Assembly: GCA_910588495.1 (NCBI GenBank)
Contig: CAJUPU010000007.1
Coordinates: 10,871-74,870 of the forward strand
From: an uncultured Oscillospiraceae bacterium
GTDB lineage: Bacteria > Bacillota > Clostridia > Oscillospirales > Oscillospiraceae
Length of the DNA: 64,000 bases
Direction: 5' to 3'
Shown: piece after piece, positions 19,342 through 29,009 of the stretch
Position numbering within the stretch: position 1 is the first letter of the stretch
Layout: each line of letters begins with the position of its first letter
The notes under the pieces: model-generated
What the model was told of the DNA's origin: nothing
Seen by the model: the letters and a program-made list of their open reading frames with translations, nothing else
Database searches by the model: none
Position numbers and translations under genes: made by a program

Positions 19342-19864
19342 CGTGATCGTACTGTACAACAGCTGGACCGGCTTCACCCGGAACTACGCCCAGCTCATGG
19401 CCCAGGCGCTGGACTGCCCCGCCCTGCCCCTATCGGAGGCCCCGGCGGACCTGTCTGGCTATGACGCCGTGGCCTTCGGCAGCCGCCTCCACGCCGGCAA
19501 CTTAGACGGCTGGAAAAAGGCTCGGACGCTCCTTGCGCGCCGGGGCGCGAAGGGCCTCGTGCTCTTTGCCACCGGGGCCATGCCCAACGAGGCGGAGGAG
19601 GCCATCGAGAAGATGTGGGCCCAGAACCTCACCCCGGAGGAGCGGGAGGCCATCCCCCACTTCTACCTCCAGGCGGGGCTGTGCTATGAGAGGATGGGGG
19701 GCGTGGACCGGGCCATGATGCGCTTCGCCGCCTGGGCCATGACGCGGAAAAAGGCCAAGAACCCGGAGGACCGGGCCTTCCAGGAGGCCATCGCCCGCTC
19801 CTACGACATCTCCGACCCCCGGTACATCCAGCCCGTGGTGGACTGTCTAAAACGGGGGCGGTGA
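19331..19864 (+). CDS. Flavodoxin-domain protein
   Basis: FMN loop VLYNSWTGFTRNYA, YDAVAFGSRLHAG and LFATGA. Confidence 0.85.
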   Translation: MDRNVIVLYNSWTGFTRNYAQLMAQALDCPALPLSEAPADLSGYDAVAFGSRLHAGNLDGWKKARTLLARRGAKGLVLFATGAMPNEAEEAIEKMWAQNLTPEEREAIPHFYLQAGLCYERMGGVDRAMMRFAAWAMTRKKAKNPEDRAFQEAIARSYDISDPRYIQPVVDCLKRGR

Positions 19865-20665
19865 CGAGGCGGCCCCGCCGCCCAAGGGCCGGGCGGAGCC
19901 GGGGCGCTCGGGCAGGGCGCGCTCCATCTCAGCGTCGGTGAGGAACTCCGTCATCACGTGGCGGTAGCGCTTGGGCAGGTGGGCGGACTGGCACTTGGGG
20001 TTTCGCCGCCCCTCGATGGAGATGGTCTGGCAGTATTTCCGCCACATGGCCCGGTAGGACCGCTCGGTCTCCCCGGCGGGGCCCATGCGGAAGTCCTCCG
20101 CCGGGACCAGCTTCCACCGGCCCCGGTCGCACAGGAACGCCTCTTTATGGGTGCGGTCGTAGAGGACGATCCGCTCCCCGGAGTACCGGGCGGCGAAGTG
20201 GCCGGCCAGCAGGGGGAGCACCCGGTTCTTCGGCTCGATCTCCCCCACCAGCACCCCGTCCAGCTCGGAGAAGCGGATGAAACCCTTCAAATGGTCCCAC
20301 TCGGTCCACATCTTGGTCAGCGCCAGGTTCACCCGGGCCATCACCGGGTCGCTGAGGTCCAGCCGCGCCCGGTCCCCCTCCCCCAGCCCCCGGCGGATCA
20401 GGGTGAACAGGGCCAGCTCCTTCTCCGGCAGGCAGGTGAGGAACCCCCGGGCGATCAGCTTCTGGAAGGCGGGGGAGGCCCGCTTGGACAGCGCGGCGTA
20501 CAGCCGCCGGGCCTTATCCCGGTCCGCAGGCGGCTCCCGCTCCTCCCACAGCGCCGCCCCGTCCTCCGGCAGCAGGAAAGCCATGGGTTCCGTCTTGGTC
20601 TCCAGGGCGTCCCACACGCAGGTGAGGAAGCCGGCGAAGGTGCCGTCGTAGCGATAGGCCGTCAT
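19847..20665 (-). CDS. TIGR03915 / DUF4130 putative DNA repair protein
   Basis: YRYDGTFAGFLTCV, HLKGFIRF and HLPKRY; coupled to the upstream radical SAM gene. Confidence 0.88.
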   Translation of the reverse strand: MTAYRYDGTFAGFLTCVWDALETKTEPMAFLLPEDGAALWEEREPPADRDKARRLYAALSKRASPAFQKLIARGFLTCLPEKELALFTLIRRGLGEGDRARLDLSDPVMARVNLALTKMWTEWDHLKGFIRFSELDGVLVGEIEPKNRVLPLLAGHFAARYSGERIVLYDRTHKEAFLCDRGRWKLVPAEDFRMGPAGETERSYRAMWRKYCQTISIEGRRNPKCQSAHLPKRYRHVMTEFLTDAEMERALPERPGSARPLGGGAASSPPPF

Positions 20666-21939
20666 GCCGTCCCCCCTTCCCCGCCGAAGAGGGACAGCTG
20701 CTCCCAGCTCTCCCCGCTCCCCAGGGCGGCCCGCTCCAGCCCCGTCAGGCGGCGGTAGACGCTGTCGGGGCCGCACCGCAGGCCGGGGAGCATCCGCCCC
20801 GAGCAGGTGATGAAATACTGTGCCCGCTTCATCACCACGCCCAGCCGCTTCAGCCCCTCGAAGCTGAGGGGGCCGTACCGCCGGGCGGCGACGATCCGCT
20901 CCGCCCCCCGCATCCCGATGCCGGGCACCCGCAGGATGGCCTCGTAGTCCGCCCGGTTCACCTCCACCGGGAAGAACTCCGGGTGGCGCAGGGCCCAGTC
21001 GCTCTTGGGGTCCAGGGCGGCGTCGAAGTTGGGGTGGTCCTCGTCCAGGATCTCCCCGGCGGTGAAGCCGTAGAACCGCAGCAGCCAGTCCGCCTGGTAC
21101 AGCCGGTGCTCCCGGAGGAGGGGCGGCTTGAACCCCGCGGAGGCGGGCAGGTCCTTGTGGTCGGACACCGGCATATAGGCGGAGAAAAACACCCGTTTCA
21201 GCCGGTATTTCCGGTAGAGCCCCTCGGTGAGGGACAAAATGTGGCGGTCGCTCTCCGGGGTGGCCCCCACGATCATCTGGGTGGACTGGCCCGCCGGGGC
21301 GAACCTAGGGGCGTGGCGGTAGAGCTTCAGCTCCGCCTTGGACCGGGCCGCCCCGTCCCGGATCTGGGCCATGGGCCGGAAGATCGCCGCCCTGGTCTTG
21401 TCCGGGGCCAGCAGCTGGAGGGACGCCTGGGAGGGCAGCTCGATGTTGACGCTCAAACGGTCCGCCAGCAGGCCCAGGGCGTAGGTCAGCTCCGGGTCCG
21501 CCCCCGGGATGGCCTTGGCGTGGATGTAGCCGTTGAAGCGGTATTCGGTGCGCAGCAGGCGCAGGGTCTCGATCATCCGCTCGGTGGTGTAGTCCGGGCT
21601 CTTCAGCACCGCCGAGGACAAGAACAGCCCCTCGATGTAGTTGCGGCGGTAGAACTGGATGGTGAGCTCCGCCAGCTCCCGAGGGGTGAAGGCGGTCCTG
21701 GGCACGTCGTTGGAGCGGCGGTTGACGCAGTAGGCACAGTCGTACTGGCAGTAATTGGTGTACAGCACCTTCAGCAGGGACACGCACCGCCCGTCGGCGG
21801 TGAAGGTGTGGCAGCAGCCGGAATTGGTGGCGGTGCCGATGGTCCCCGGCTTTCCGCCCCGGACCACCCCGCTGGAGGTACAGGCGGCGTCGTACTTGGC
21901 GGCGTCGGCCAGAATGGTCAGCTTGTCCATCACCTCCAT
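20662..21939 (-). CDS. TIGR03916 putative DNA modification/repair radical SAM protein with HhH
   Basis: LADAAKYDAACTSSG, CQYDCAYC, REHRLYQADWLLRFY and LRVPGIG. Confidence 0.92.
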   Translation of the reverse strand: MEVMDKLTILADAAKYDAACTSSGVVRGGKPGTIGTATNSGCCHTFTADGRCVSLLKVLYTNYCQYDCAYCVNRRSNDVPRTAFTPRELAELTIQFYRRNYIEGLFLSSAVLKSPDYTTERMIETLRLLRTEYRFNGYIHAKAIPGADPELTYALGLLADRLSVNIELPSQASLQLLAPDKTRAAIFRPMAQIRDGAARSKAELKLYRHAPRFAPAGQSTQMIVGATPESDRHILSLTEGLYRKYRLKRVFFSAYMPVSDHKDLPASAGFKPPLLREHRLYQADWLLRFYGFTAGEILDEDHPNFDAALDPKSDWALRHPEFFPVEVNRADYEAILRVPGIGMRGAERIVAARRYGPLSFEGLKRLGVVMKRAQYFITCSGRMLPGLRCGPDSVYRRLTGLERAALGSGESWEQLSLFGGEGGTA

Positions 21940-21974
21940 GGGGTCCCCTCCTCCCGGTCAGCCGGATGTTCCAT

Positions 21975-22019
21975 CAAACGTTTGTATCTCCATTATAGTA
22001 CGATTGCTCCTTTTGTCAA
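21975..22019 (-). promoter_or_regulatory. sigmaA promoter with a downstream palindrome (possible SOS-like operator)
   Basis: TTGACA-16-TATAAT (22019-21992). CAAACGTTTG palindrome at 21975-21984, just past the predicted start site. Confidence 0.6.
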
Positions 22020-22049
22020 GAGGGATCTTTGCCCGCCGCCCCAATATAC

Positions 22050-22080
22050 AGGACCCATCCCGCATTGCGGAATGGGTCCT
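22050..22080 (-). terminator. Hairpin terminator after the solute-binding protein gene
   Basis: AGGACCCATCCCGC-ATT-GCGGAATGGGTCCT. Confidence 0.55.
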
Positions 22081-22105
22081 ATGCCGTTTTGCCGTATCCC
22101 CTTTG

Positions 22106-23422
22106 TCAGCGGGCCGCCAGCGCCGCGTCCTGGAGCCGGTCGAAGGACGCCATGCATTCCTCCACGGTGGCGCCGCCCAGCAGCTCCCGCACGATCAGGC
22201 AGGTGTTGCCCCACTGCTCCACGTCCATGCCCGCGTTGGAGCCCAGGACATAGACCCCTTCCTCGATCCGCTCGTTCAGCGGCTCCAGGGCGGGGATACA
22301 GTCCACCGAAACGTTTTTGGAGGGAGAGATCACCCGGTTGGTCTGGGAGTAGAGGGCCAGGGCCTCGTCGGAGGTAATCACCTCCATCACCTCCATGGCC
22401 TGCTCCGCGTGTTCCGCGTTGGCGCCCACCGCCCATCCGGTCATGGATATCACCGGCATCTGGCCCCGGCTGCTGGGGAAGCCGACGACCCGCAGCTCGA
22501 ACTCCGGCCGCCCATAGGCGGTCTCCGCGTTGGCCGCCCCCCAGTAGGCCATGACGATGGGGGTCTTGCCCGCCAAAAAGTCCGCCCCCTCCCCCTCGAC
22601 GGCCTCGCTGACCAGGGCCTTCGACCGATCGATATAGCCCCGGTCGATCAGCGTCTGGAGGAACTGGAAGCCGGGACGCATATAGTCGCTGTACCGGGCC
22701 TGGCCGCTGTTGAGGGCGTCGATCTCCGCCTGGGCATTCCCACCGTTGTACAGATCGGCGTAGGCCTGGGCAAACACGAAGGTCTCCAGCCACCAGCGGT
22801 TGGCGCCCACAGGCGTTTCGATCCCGTTCTCCTGGAACACCCGGCAGCACTCCAAAAACTCCTCCGGGGTATTGGGCAGTTCCAGGCCATAGCGCCGGAA
22901 CAGGTCCATGTTGACGAACAGGCCGTAGGCCACCACCTCCTGGGGAATGGCCACCAGCTTGCCGTCCACGGTGTTGGCGATGCGGATGATCTCCCGCAGG
23001 TTTTGGGCGCTGTCCAGCCCCGACAGGTCCATCAGCTTGCCCTCCGCCCCCAAGGTCAGGATGGTGTCCGGGTTAAGGAGATACAGATCGTCCATGTCGT
23101 TCCGGGCCCGGTCCAGGGCCACCTCATCGTAGGTCTTGTCCAGGTAGTCCTCCGCCGTGTAGGTCTGATAGGCCACCGCCACCCCCAGCCGCTCCTCCGC
23201 CAGGGCGACGGTCAGGTCGAAGGCGGTCCTGGCCACGTTTTCCGCGTCTGGGTCGGTCTTTTCCATGGGGCTGAACAGGTCCACCACCTGCCCGCTCACC
23301 TTCTCCGATGGGAGCAGGTTCCGGTCCGTGTCGCCGCCGCAGGCGGCCGCCCCCAGCAGCACAGCCGCCGCCAGGCACACCGCCGCCCACCGGCGCGGGC
23401 CGCCATCGTTCCGTTTTTTCAT
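22106..23422 (-). CDS. ABC-type extracellular solute-binding lipoprotein (family 1)
   Basis: Lipobox AAAC; GKLMDLS...DGKLVAIP...NMDLFRRYGLELPNTPEEF. Confidence 0.85.
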   Translation of the reverse strand: MKKRNDGGPRRWAAVCLAAAVLLGAAACGGDTDRNLLPSEKVSGQVVDLFSPMEKTDPDAENVARTAFDLTVALAEERLGVAVAYQTYTAEDYLDKTYDEVALDRARNDMDDLYLLNPDTILTLGAEGKLMDLSGLDSAQNLREIIRIANTVDGKLVAIPQEVVAYGLFVNMDLFRRYGLELPNTPEEFLECCRVFQENGIETPVGANRWWLETFVFAQAYADLYNGGNAQAEIDALNSGQARYSDYMRPGFQFLQTLIDRGYIDRSKALVSEAVEGEGADFLAGKTPIVMAYWGAANAETAYGRPEFELRVVGFPSSRGQMPVISMTGWAVGANAEHAEQAMEVMEVITSDEALALYSQTNRVISPSKNVSVDCIPALEPLNERIEEGVYVLGSNAGMDVEQWGNTCLIVRELLGGATVEECMASFDRLQDAALAAR

Positions 23423-23438
23423 GCTCTGCTTCGTCCTT

Positions 23439-25988
23439 TCACTTCACAAATCGCCTGATCGTCTTTTTCAGCAGCTCCACGTCCAGCGGCTTGGCCACAT
23501 GGGCGTTCATGCCCGCGTCCAGCGCCGCCTTCTCGTCCTCCGCGAAGGCGTTGGCCGTCATGGCGATGATGGGGATCTGCCCGGCGTCCTCCCGGTCCAG
23601 GGCCCGGATGGCCCGGGCGGCGTCGTGGCCGTTCATCACCGGCATCTGCACGTCCATCAGGATGGCGTGGAACCGGCCGGGAGGCGCGCTCTGGAACCGC
23701 TCCACCGCCAGGCGGCCGTTCTCCGCCACCTCGCAGGTGGCCCCCTCCAGCTCCAAAAGCTCCGCCAGGATCTCGGCGTTGATCTCGTTGTCCTCCGCCG
23801 CCAGAAAGTGCAGCCCCTCCAAAGCGCCGTCCGCCTCCGGCTCGGCCCCGGCGGCGGGGACATCCCGCGTCCACAGCTCCGCCACCTTCTCCCGGAAGGC
23901 GGCCACGAAAAACGGCTTGGCCAGCACCGCCGTGCCCTCCGCCCGCTCCAGCACTTGGGCGTCGTGCTCCGCCAGCATCACCACCGGCACGGCCTGGGAA
24001 AGCGCCCCCCGCAGGGCCTGGACCGCGGCGGCCCCGTCCGCCCCCGGCCCGTCCCAGTCTAGCAGGGCCAGCTGATAGACGGCCCCGCCCCGGATCTTGT
24101 CCAGGGACTCTTCCAGCCCGGCGGCGTCCAAATGGATCCCCGCGTCCGCCATCAGGGCGCGGATGTTCTCCCGGCTGTCCGGGTCCTCGTCCACCACCAG
24201 CACCCGGGAGATGCCCCGCTCCGCCCAGAATTTCGGGTCGGCCCGGTCCTCCTGGATGCGCAGCTCCAGCTCCACCCGGAAGATGGAGCCCTGGTCCACC
24301 TGGCTGGACACGTCGATGGTGCCTCCCATGAGTTCCACGATGCTCTTGGTGATGGCCATGCCCAGCCCGGTGCCCTGCACCTTGTTGGTGGTGCTGTTCT
24401 CCGCCCGGGTGAAGGCGTCGAAGATGGTCTCCAGATACTCCGGCGTCATGCCGTAGCCGTTGTCCTCCACCTCGATGCGGATGTGCTCATACTGGCTGGA
24501 GCGCTGCTTCAGCCCCAGGATACGCAGCTGGATGCGGCCCCCCTCCGGGGTGTACTTCACGGCGTTGGACAGCAGGTTGAGCAGGATCTGGTCGATCCGG
24601 GTCTCGTCCCCCACCAGGTACTCGTGGCGGATGCCGGACACCTCCACGTGGAATTCCTGCCCCTTGGCCCGGGCCATGGGCTGGATGATGGCCTCCACCG
24701 AGGAGACGATGTCGCTCAGGGCGAACTTGTCGAAGGTGAGCACCACCTTGCCGCTCTCGATCTTGGACACGTCCAGGATGTCGTTGATGAGGCTGAGCAG
24801 GTGCTGGCCGGAGGCGGCGATCTTCCTGGTGTACTCCCGCACTTTGGCCGGGTCTCCGGCGTCCCGGGCCAGCAGGGTGGTGAAGCCCAGCACCGCGTTC
24901 ATGGGGGTGCGGATGTCGTGGGACATGTTGGACAGGAAGGTGGTCTTGGAGGTGCTGGCGATCTGGGCGGCCTGGAGGGCCTGGGCCAGCTGCTGGCTGT
25001 GGAGCCTGCGCTCCTCCTCCCGCTCCTTCCTCACCCGCTCCTGCTGCCGCCAGCTGAGGTAGTACAGCAGCACGCACAGGAAGAAGGCGGCCAGCATGGC
25101 GGCCACCACCATGACGATGTTCTGGTTGACCGTCCGCCCCTCCTGCTGGATGGCCTCCACCGGCACATAGCCCACCAGGAAGATGGTCCCGCCGTTCACC
25201 GACCACATATAGTTGAGGGCGTTGACGCTCCGGATATCGTGGTAGAACAGGATATTCCGCCCGCTGGTCAGGCACTGGGCCACCTCCGAGCGGATGTCGG
25301 GGTCCTGGATCGCGTTGGCCCGGTAGAAGTCGTCCAGGTTCAGGTGGCCGGCGCTGCGCTGGCCCATCCCCTTGGGCTTCAGGACGAACCGCTCGCTCTG
25401 GGCGTCCATGATATACAGCGTGGCCTGCTTGTTATAGAACCCCTCCGAGGGCAGGGCGCGGTCGATGGTGTCGTAGACGTATTCGACGTAAAGGGTGCCC
25501 AGCTCCCGCCCGTCCCGCTCCACGGGGCATTTCATGGTGTAGGCCCAGGTGCCCATATGGTTCACGTAGGACCGGGAGATGGGCATACCGGCCACCATGC
25601 CCCCGGCGGAGAAGTCCAGCCCCTCCGCCGTGAACGCCTCCCCGTTGTTGGAGATGCCTTGGGTCCTGCCCGCCGGGATCAGGGACAGCTTCACCATGGT
25701 CCGGCTGCTGGAGGCGGAGAGGATGAACTCCTCCAGATCCTCCGCCCGGGCCGCCTCCTGGGCGATCAGGGCCTGGAAGTCCGCCTCGCTGTTCAAAATG
25801 GCCTCGATGGTGCACTGGATCAGGTCCAGGCTCTCGCTCAGGTTCTGGATGGCCGCGGCGGACATCTCCCGGGACGTTCTCCGGGCCACCATGTATATCA
25901 CCGTGCCGAAAACGCAAAAGACCAGCAAAATAGAGAGGAGCAGAGGGCCCCCTCTCCGTTGTTCCCTTTTGTCCGGTTTCTCTTTCAT
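23439..25988 (-). CDS. Hybrid sensor histidine kinase / response regulator
   Basis: Two TM helices, H-box FLSNMSHDIRTPMNA, NLLSNAVKY, GTGLG and two receiver domains (ILMDVQMP). The start may be up to 33 nt upstream. Confidence 0.93.
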   Translation of the reverse strand: MKEKPDKREQRRGGPLLLSILLVFCVFGTVIYMVARRTSREMSAAAIQNLSESLDLIQCTIEAILNSEADFQALIAQEAARAEDLEEFILSASSSRTMVKLSLIPAGRTQGISNNGEAFTAEGLDFSAGGMVAGMPISRSYVNHMGTWAYTMKCPVERDGRELGTLYVEYVYDTIDRALPSEGFYNKQATLYIMDAQSERFVLKPKGMGQRSAGHLNLDDFYRANAIQDPDIRSEVAQCLTSGRNILFYHDIRSVNALNYMWSVNGGTIFLVGYVPVEAIQQEGRTVNQNIVMVVAAMLAAFFLCVLLYYLSWRQQERVRKEREEERRLHSQQLAQALQAAQIASTSKTTFLSNMSHDIRTPMNAVLGFTTLLARDAGDPAKVREYTRKIAASGQHLLSLINDILDVSKIESGKVVLTFDKFALSDIVSSVEAIIQPMARAKGQEFHVEVSGIRHEYLVGDETRIDQILLNLLSNAVKYTPEGGRIQLRILGLKQRSSQYEHIRIEVEDNGYGMTPEYLETIFDAFTRAENSTTNKVQGTGLGMAITKSIVELMGGTIDVSSQVDQGSIFRVELELRIQEDRADPKFWAERGISRVLVVDEDPDSRENIRALMADAGIHLDAAGLEESLDKIRGGAVYQLALLDWDGPGADGAAAVQALRGALSQAVPVVMLAEHDAQVLERAEGTAVLAKPFFVAAFREKVAELWTRDVPAAGAEPEADGALEGLHFLAAEDNEINAEILAELLELEGATCEVAENGRLAVERFQSAPPGRFHAILMDVQMPVMNGHDAARAIRALDREDAGQIPIIAMTANAFAEDEKAALDAGMNAHVAKPLDVELLKKTIRRFVK

Positions 25989-26329
25989 TTTCACGCTCTC
26001 CATTCCGCCCCCATGGGGCACCCTGGGCCGTCTGCGGAAGGGGGCCCGAGGCGCTGCGCGCGGCCTGGGCCTGCCCGACTGTATGATTATACCATTCCCC
26101 TTCTTTTAGTGTCAATAGCGCGGCGCGGGCCTCCGGCGGCCTGTCCGGCCCATTCCGGCAGGCCCTGCATTGGACATTTTCCCCATGATATGCCGGGATA
26201 GCGGGGAATGCCACCCGCGGGGCGGATCTTGGGGGAAGGGACCGGCGGAGGCGGGCGGAGCGTCCGCCGCGAAAAATATTGCCCGCGCCCCTTTGCGCGC
26301 CGCCCCCGGCGGGCGGGGACGGCGGGCGG

Positions 26330-26806
26330 TCATTGGTCCGGGCCGCCGGAGAGCCGGCCGCAGCGCTCCTCGTGCCGCTGGAGCATCCCCTCAAAGACCG
26401 CCGCCTCCACGGTCTGGACGCACTTGTCCAGATCCCGCTTGACCTCCCGCTCCCAAAAGCGCAGGACGGTCCAGTTCATGGCGGCCAGGCGCTGTCCGTC
26501 CCGGATGTCCCGGGCCATGTTCTCCTGGATCTTCTCCCGCCAGTAGTCCGGGTTGGACTTCACCTTCTTTTTGTAGAGCCAGTTGTAGCCGTGCCAAAAC
26601 TCCCCGTCCACGAAGATGGCGATCTTGTGCTTGGTCAGGGCGATGTCCGGCGAGCCGGGCAGCGCTTTGTGGTTGAGCCGGTAGCGGTAGCCCCTGCGCC
26701 ACAGCGCCTTGGCCAGCATGGTCTCCGCCTCCCCCCGCTTGAGGCGCACCCGCCCCATCCGCCTGGACACCGCCGGGGTGGTGTCGTACTGCTTGGGGTG
26801 CTTCAT
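26330..26806 (-). CDS. vsr: Very-short-patch repair endonuclease
   Basis: LPGSPDI, FVDGEFWHG, YWREKIQENMARD and WTVLRFWE. Confidence 0.93.
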   Translation of the reverse strand: MKHPKQYDTTPAVSRRMGRVRLKRGEAETMLAKALWRRGYRYRLNHKALPGSPDIALTKHKIAIFVDGEFWHGYNWLYKKKVKSNPDYWREKIQENMARDIRDGQRLAAMNWTVLRFWEREVKRDLDKCVQTVEAAVFEGMLQRHEERCGRLSGGPDQ

Positions 26807-26812
26807 GGCGGG

Positions 26813-27427
26813 TCAGGGGGCGTGGCGGACCACCCGCTTGGTGTCCCTGTCGATGTGGAAGCCCTCGGGCGGCTCCAGCCCCACGATCAGGATCGGGGTG
26901 GGCAGCATGGCTTGCAGCGGCAGCAGATAGCGCAGGAACTTTTCATAGGACCCCACCGCGCTGTCGAAGTTCCCCGCCGCTTTCATGGCCTCCGTGGCGC
27001 AGATCAGCACCCCCGCCGAGGTCTGCACCTCCTTGGCCACATGGTTGAGTTCGCAGGCCAGCACGGGCTTGATCAGGTTCCAGGCGATGGCCTCGCCGTG
27101 GTTGAAGGCCACCTCCACCGAGATCTGGTCCTTGGCGAAGTCCAGCCGCCAGCGGTTTTTGTCCCGGCCGTCCTTATAGGCCGGGTCGCTGAAGATGGCG
27201 CTCTCCGCCTGCCAGCCCCGGGCCACCAGCCCCTCCTTGATGAGGCGGTTGATCGTCTCGGACAGGCTCTTTTTGTTCTCCCGCCGGTTCTCCTCGTAGC
27301 ATTGGATCAGCTGCTCGTCGCCGATCCCCTCCAGCACGTCCACGATCTCCCGGTACAAAAGGGCGTACCGGGGGTCTGTGTCGAACAGGTTTTGGGCGTG
27401 GCGGTGGTCGTGGGTGATAAAGCGCAT
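26813..27427 (-). CDS. BglII/BstYI-family type II restriction endonuclease
   Basis: GWQAESAIF...WRLDFAKDQISVEVAFNH, a PD-(D/E)xK-like core. Divergent from the C5 methylase and next to vsr. Confidence 0.7.
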   Translation of the reverse strand: MRFITHDHRHAQNLFDTDPRYALLYREIVDVLEGIGDEQLIQCYEENRRENKKSLSETINRLIKEGLVARGWQAESAIFSDPAYKDGRDKNRWRLDFAKDQISVEVAFNHGEAIAWNLIKPVLACELNHVAKEVQTSAGVLICATEAMKAAGNFDSAVGSYEKFLRYLLPLQAMLPTPILIVGLEPPEGFHIDRDTKRVVRHAP

Positions 27428-27559
27428 CCTGCCGTCATCCTTTCTCTGTTTTGTGTCTTGGCCCTTGGCCAAAAAATTTTTCCCGTTCCCTCTTGATCTT
27501 TTTGGCGAAGTGTGTTATACTTTGGTTCCGATTATAACAGAAAGCGGAGGGATGGGGAA

Positions 27560-28789
27560 GTGGCCGGTGGAAAAAATATCCGCGTGGTGGAGCTTTTCGC
27601 CGGTGTGGGCGGATTTCGGGTGGGGCTGGAGGCCGCCTCGCCCCGCTTCGAGACCGTCTGGGCCAACCAGTGGGAGCCCGGCCAGTCGGGCCAGTGGGCC
27701 TATAAGTGCTACGCCGCCAATTTCGGCAGGGACGGCGGGCAGGCCAACTGCTCCAACCAGGACATTGCCTCCGCCGTCGGCCAGGTGCCGCCCCACGACC
27801 TGCTGGTGGGGGGCTTCCCCTGCCAGGACTACTCGGTGGCCAGCACCGGGGCCCGGGGCATCGAGGGGAAAAAGGGGGTGCTCTGGTGGTCCATCGACCA
27901 GATCGTCCGGCTGCGCCGTCCCAAGTTCATCCTGCTGGAGAATGTGGACCGGCTGCTGAAGTCCCCCGCCGGCCAGCGGGGCCGGGACTTTGGGATCATC
28001 CTGCGCTGTTTGTGGGACAAGGGCTATGTGGTGGAGTGGCGGGTGATCAACGCCGCCGACTACGGCCTGGCCCAGCGCCGCCGCCGCACCTTCATTTTCG
28101 CCGCCCGGGAGCACACCCGGTTCCATAACCGCCTCACCCGGCTGGACCTGGAGAAGAACGGGGGGCGTTGGCTGCGCACCGGCGGCTTTTTCGCCCCGGC
28201 CTTCCCCGTAGAGGCGTCCTTCGCCTCCCCGGCCAGGACGGTGGATCTGGAGGAGTACGCCGACCTGCTGGACATGACCCAGCGGTTCTCCGCCCCCTTC
28301 TGCGGCGCGGGAGCGATGGTGGGCGGCAAGATCTACACCCGGGAGGTGGTCCCCCAGCGCGCCGAGGCCCAGCCCCTCTCGGCGCTGGTGGAGCGGGGCG
28401 GCGTGGATCGGCGCTATTTCATCCCCGAGGACGAGCTGGACAAGTGGACCTACATGAAGGGCCCCAAAAAGATCCCCCGGGTGGCCAAAAAAACGGGCCA
28501 TGCATACATTTTTTCCGAGGGCGGCATCGCCTTCCCCGACCCGCTGGACCGCCCGGCCCGCACCATGCTCACCAGCGAGGGGAGCGCCAACCGCAGCACC
28601 CACGTCATCGCCGACCCGGAGACAGGGCGGCTGCGCATCCTGACCCCGGTGGAGGCCGAGCGCATCAACGGCTTCCCCGACGGCTGGACCGACACCGGAA
28701 TGCCGGAGCGTCAGCGCTACTTCATCATGGGCAACGCCCTGGTGGTCCCCCTCATCACCCGGATGGGGGAGCGCATCCTGCAGGTCTGA
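27560..28789 (+). CDS. dcm: DNA (cytosine-5)-methyltransferase, M.Sau3AI-like
   Basis: FAGVGG, GFPCQDYSVA, ENVDRLLKSP...QRGRDF, QRRRR and GNALVV. GTG start after GGAGG. Confidence 0.93.
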   Translation: MAGGKNIRVVELFAGVGGFRVGLEAASPRFETVWANQWEPGQSGQWAYKCYAANFGRDGGQANCSNQDIASAVGQVPPHDLLVGGFPCQDYSVASTGARGIEGKKGVLWWSIDQIVRLRRPKFILLENVDRLLKSPAGQRGRDFGIILRCLWDKGYVVEWRVINAADYGLAQRRRRTFIFAAREHTRFHNRLTRLDLEKNGGRWLRTGGFFAPAFPVEASFASPARTVDLEEYADLLDMTQRFSAPFCGAGAMVGGKIYTREVVPQRAEAQPLSALVERGGVDRRYFIPEDELDKWTYMKGPKKIPRVAKKTGHAYIFSEGGIAFPDPLDRPARTMLTSEGSANRSTHVIADPETGRLRILTPVEAERINGFPDGWTDTGMPERQRYFIMGNALVVPLITRMGERILQV

Positions 28790-28914
28790 CCCATACGGGG
28801 CCGCGCCGTGTGGATCCTCCATCCCGGTCCCGGCAGGCTCGTCCAGCGGCGGCCGCCGTCCCGGGGCGGGTCTTTGCTCTGTAGGAGAGGAACAACGCCG
28901 TTTGACACAGGAAT

Positions 28915-28961
28915 GACAGGGACAGGGCAGACCGTGACGGTCTGCCCTGTCCCTGTCTTTT
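28915..28961. terminator. 20-bp-stem terminator between convergent genes
   Basis: GACAGGGACAGGGCAGACCG-TGA-CGGTCTGCCCTGTCCCTGTC-TTTT. Confidence 0.8.
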
Positions 28962-29009
28962 CCCGAGGCCCCGCCCATGGCGGGGCTCGTTCTTTTCACG
29001 CAAGCGGGG

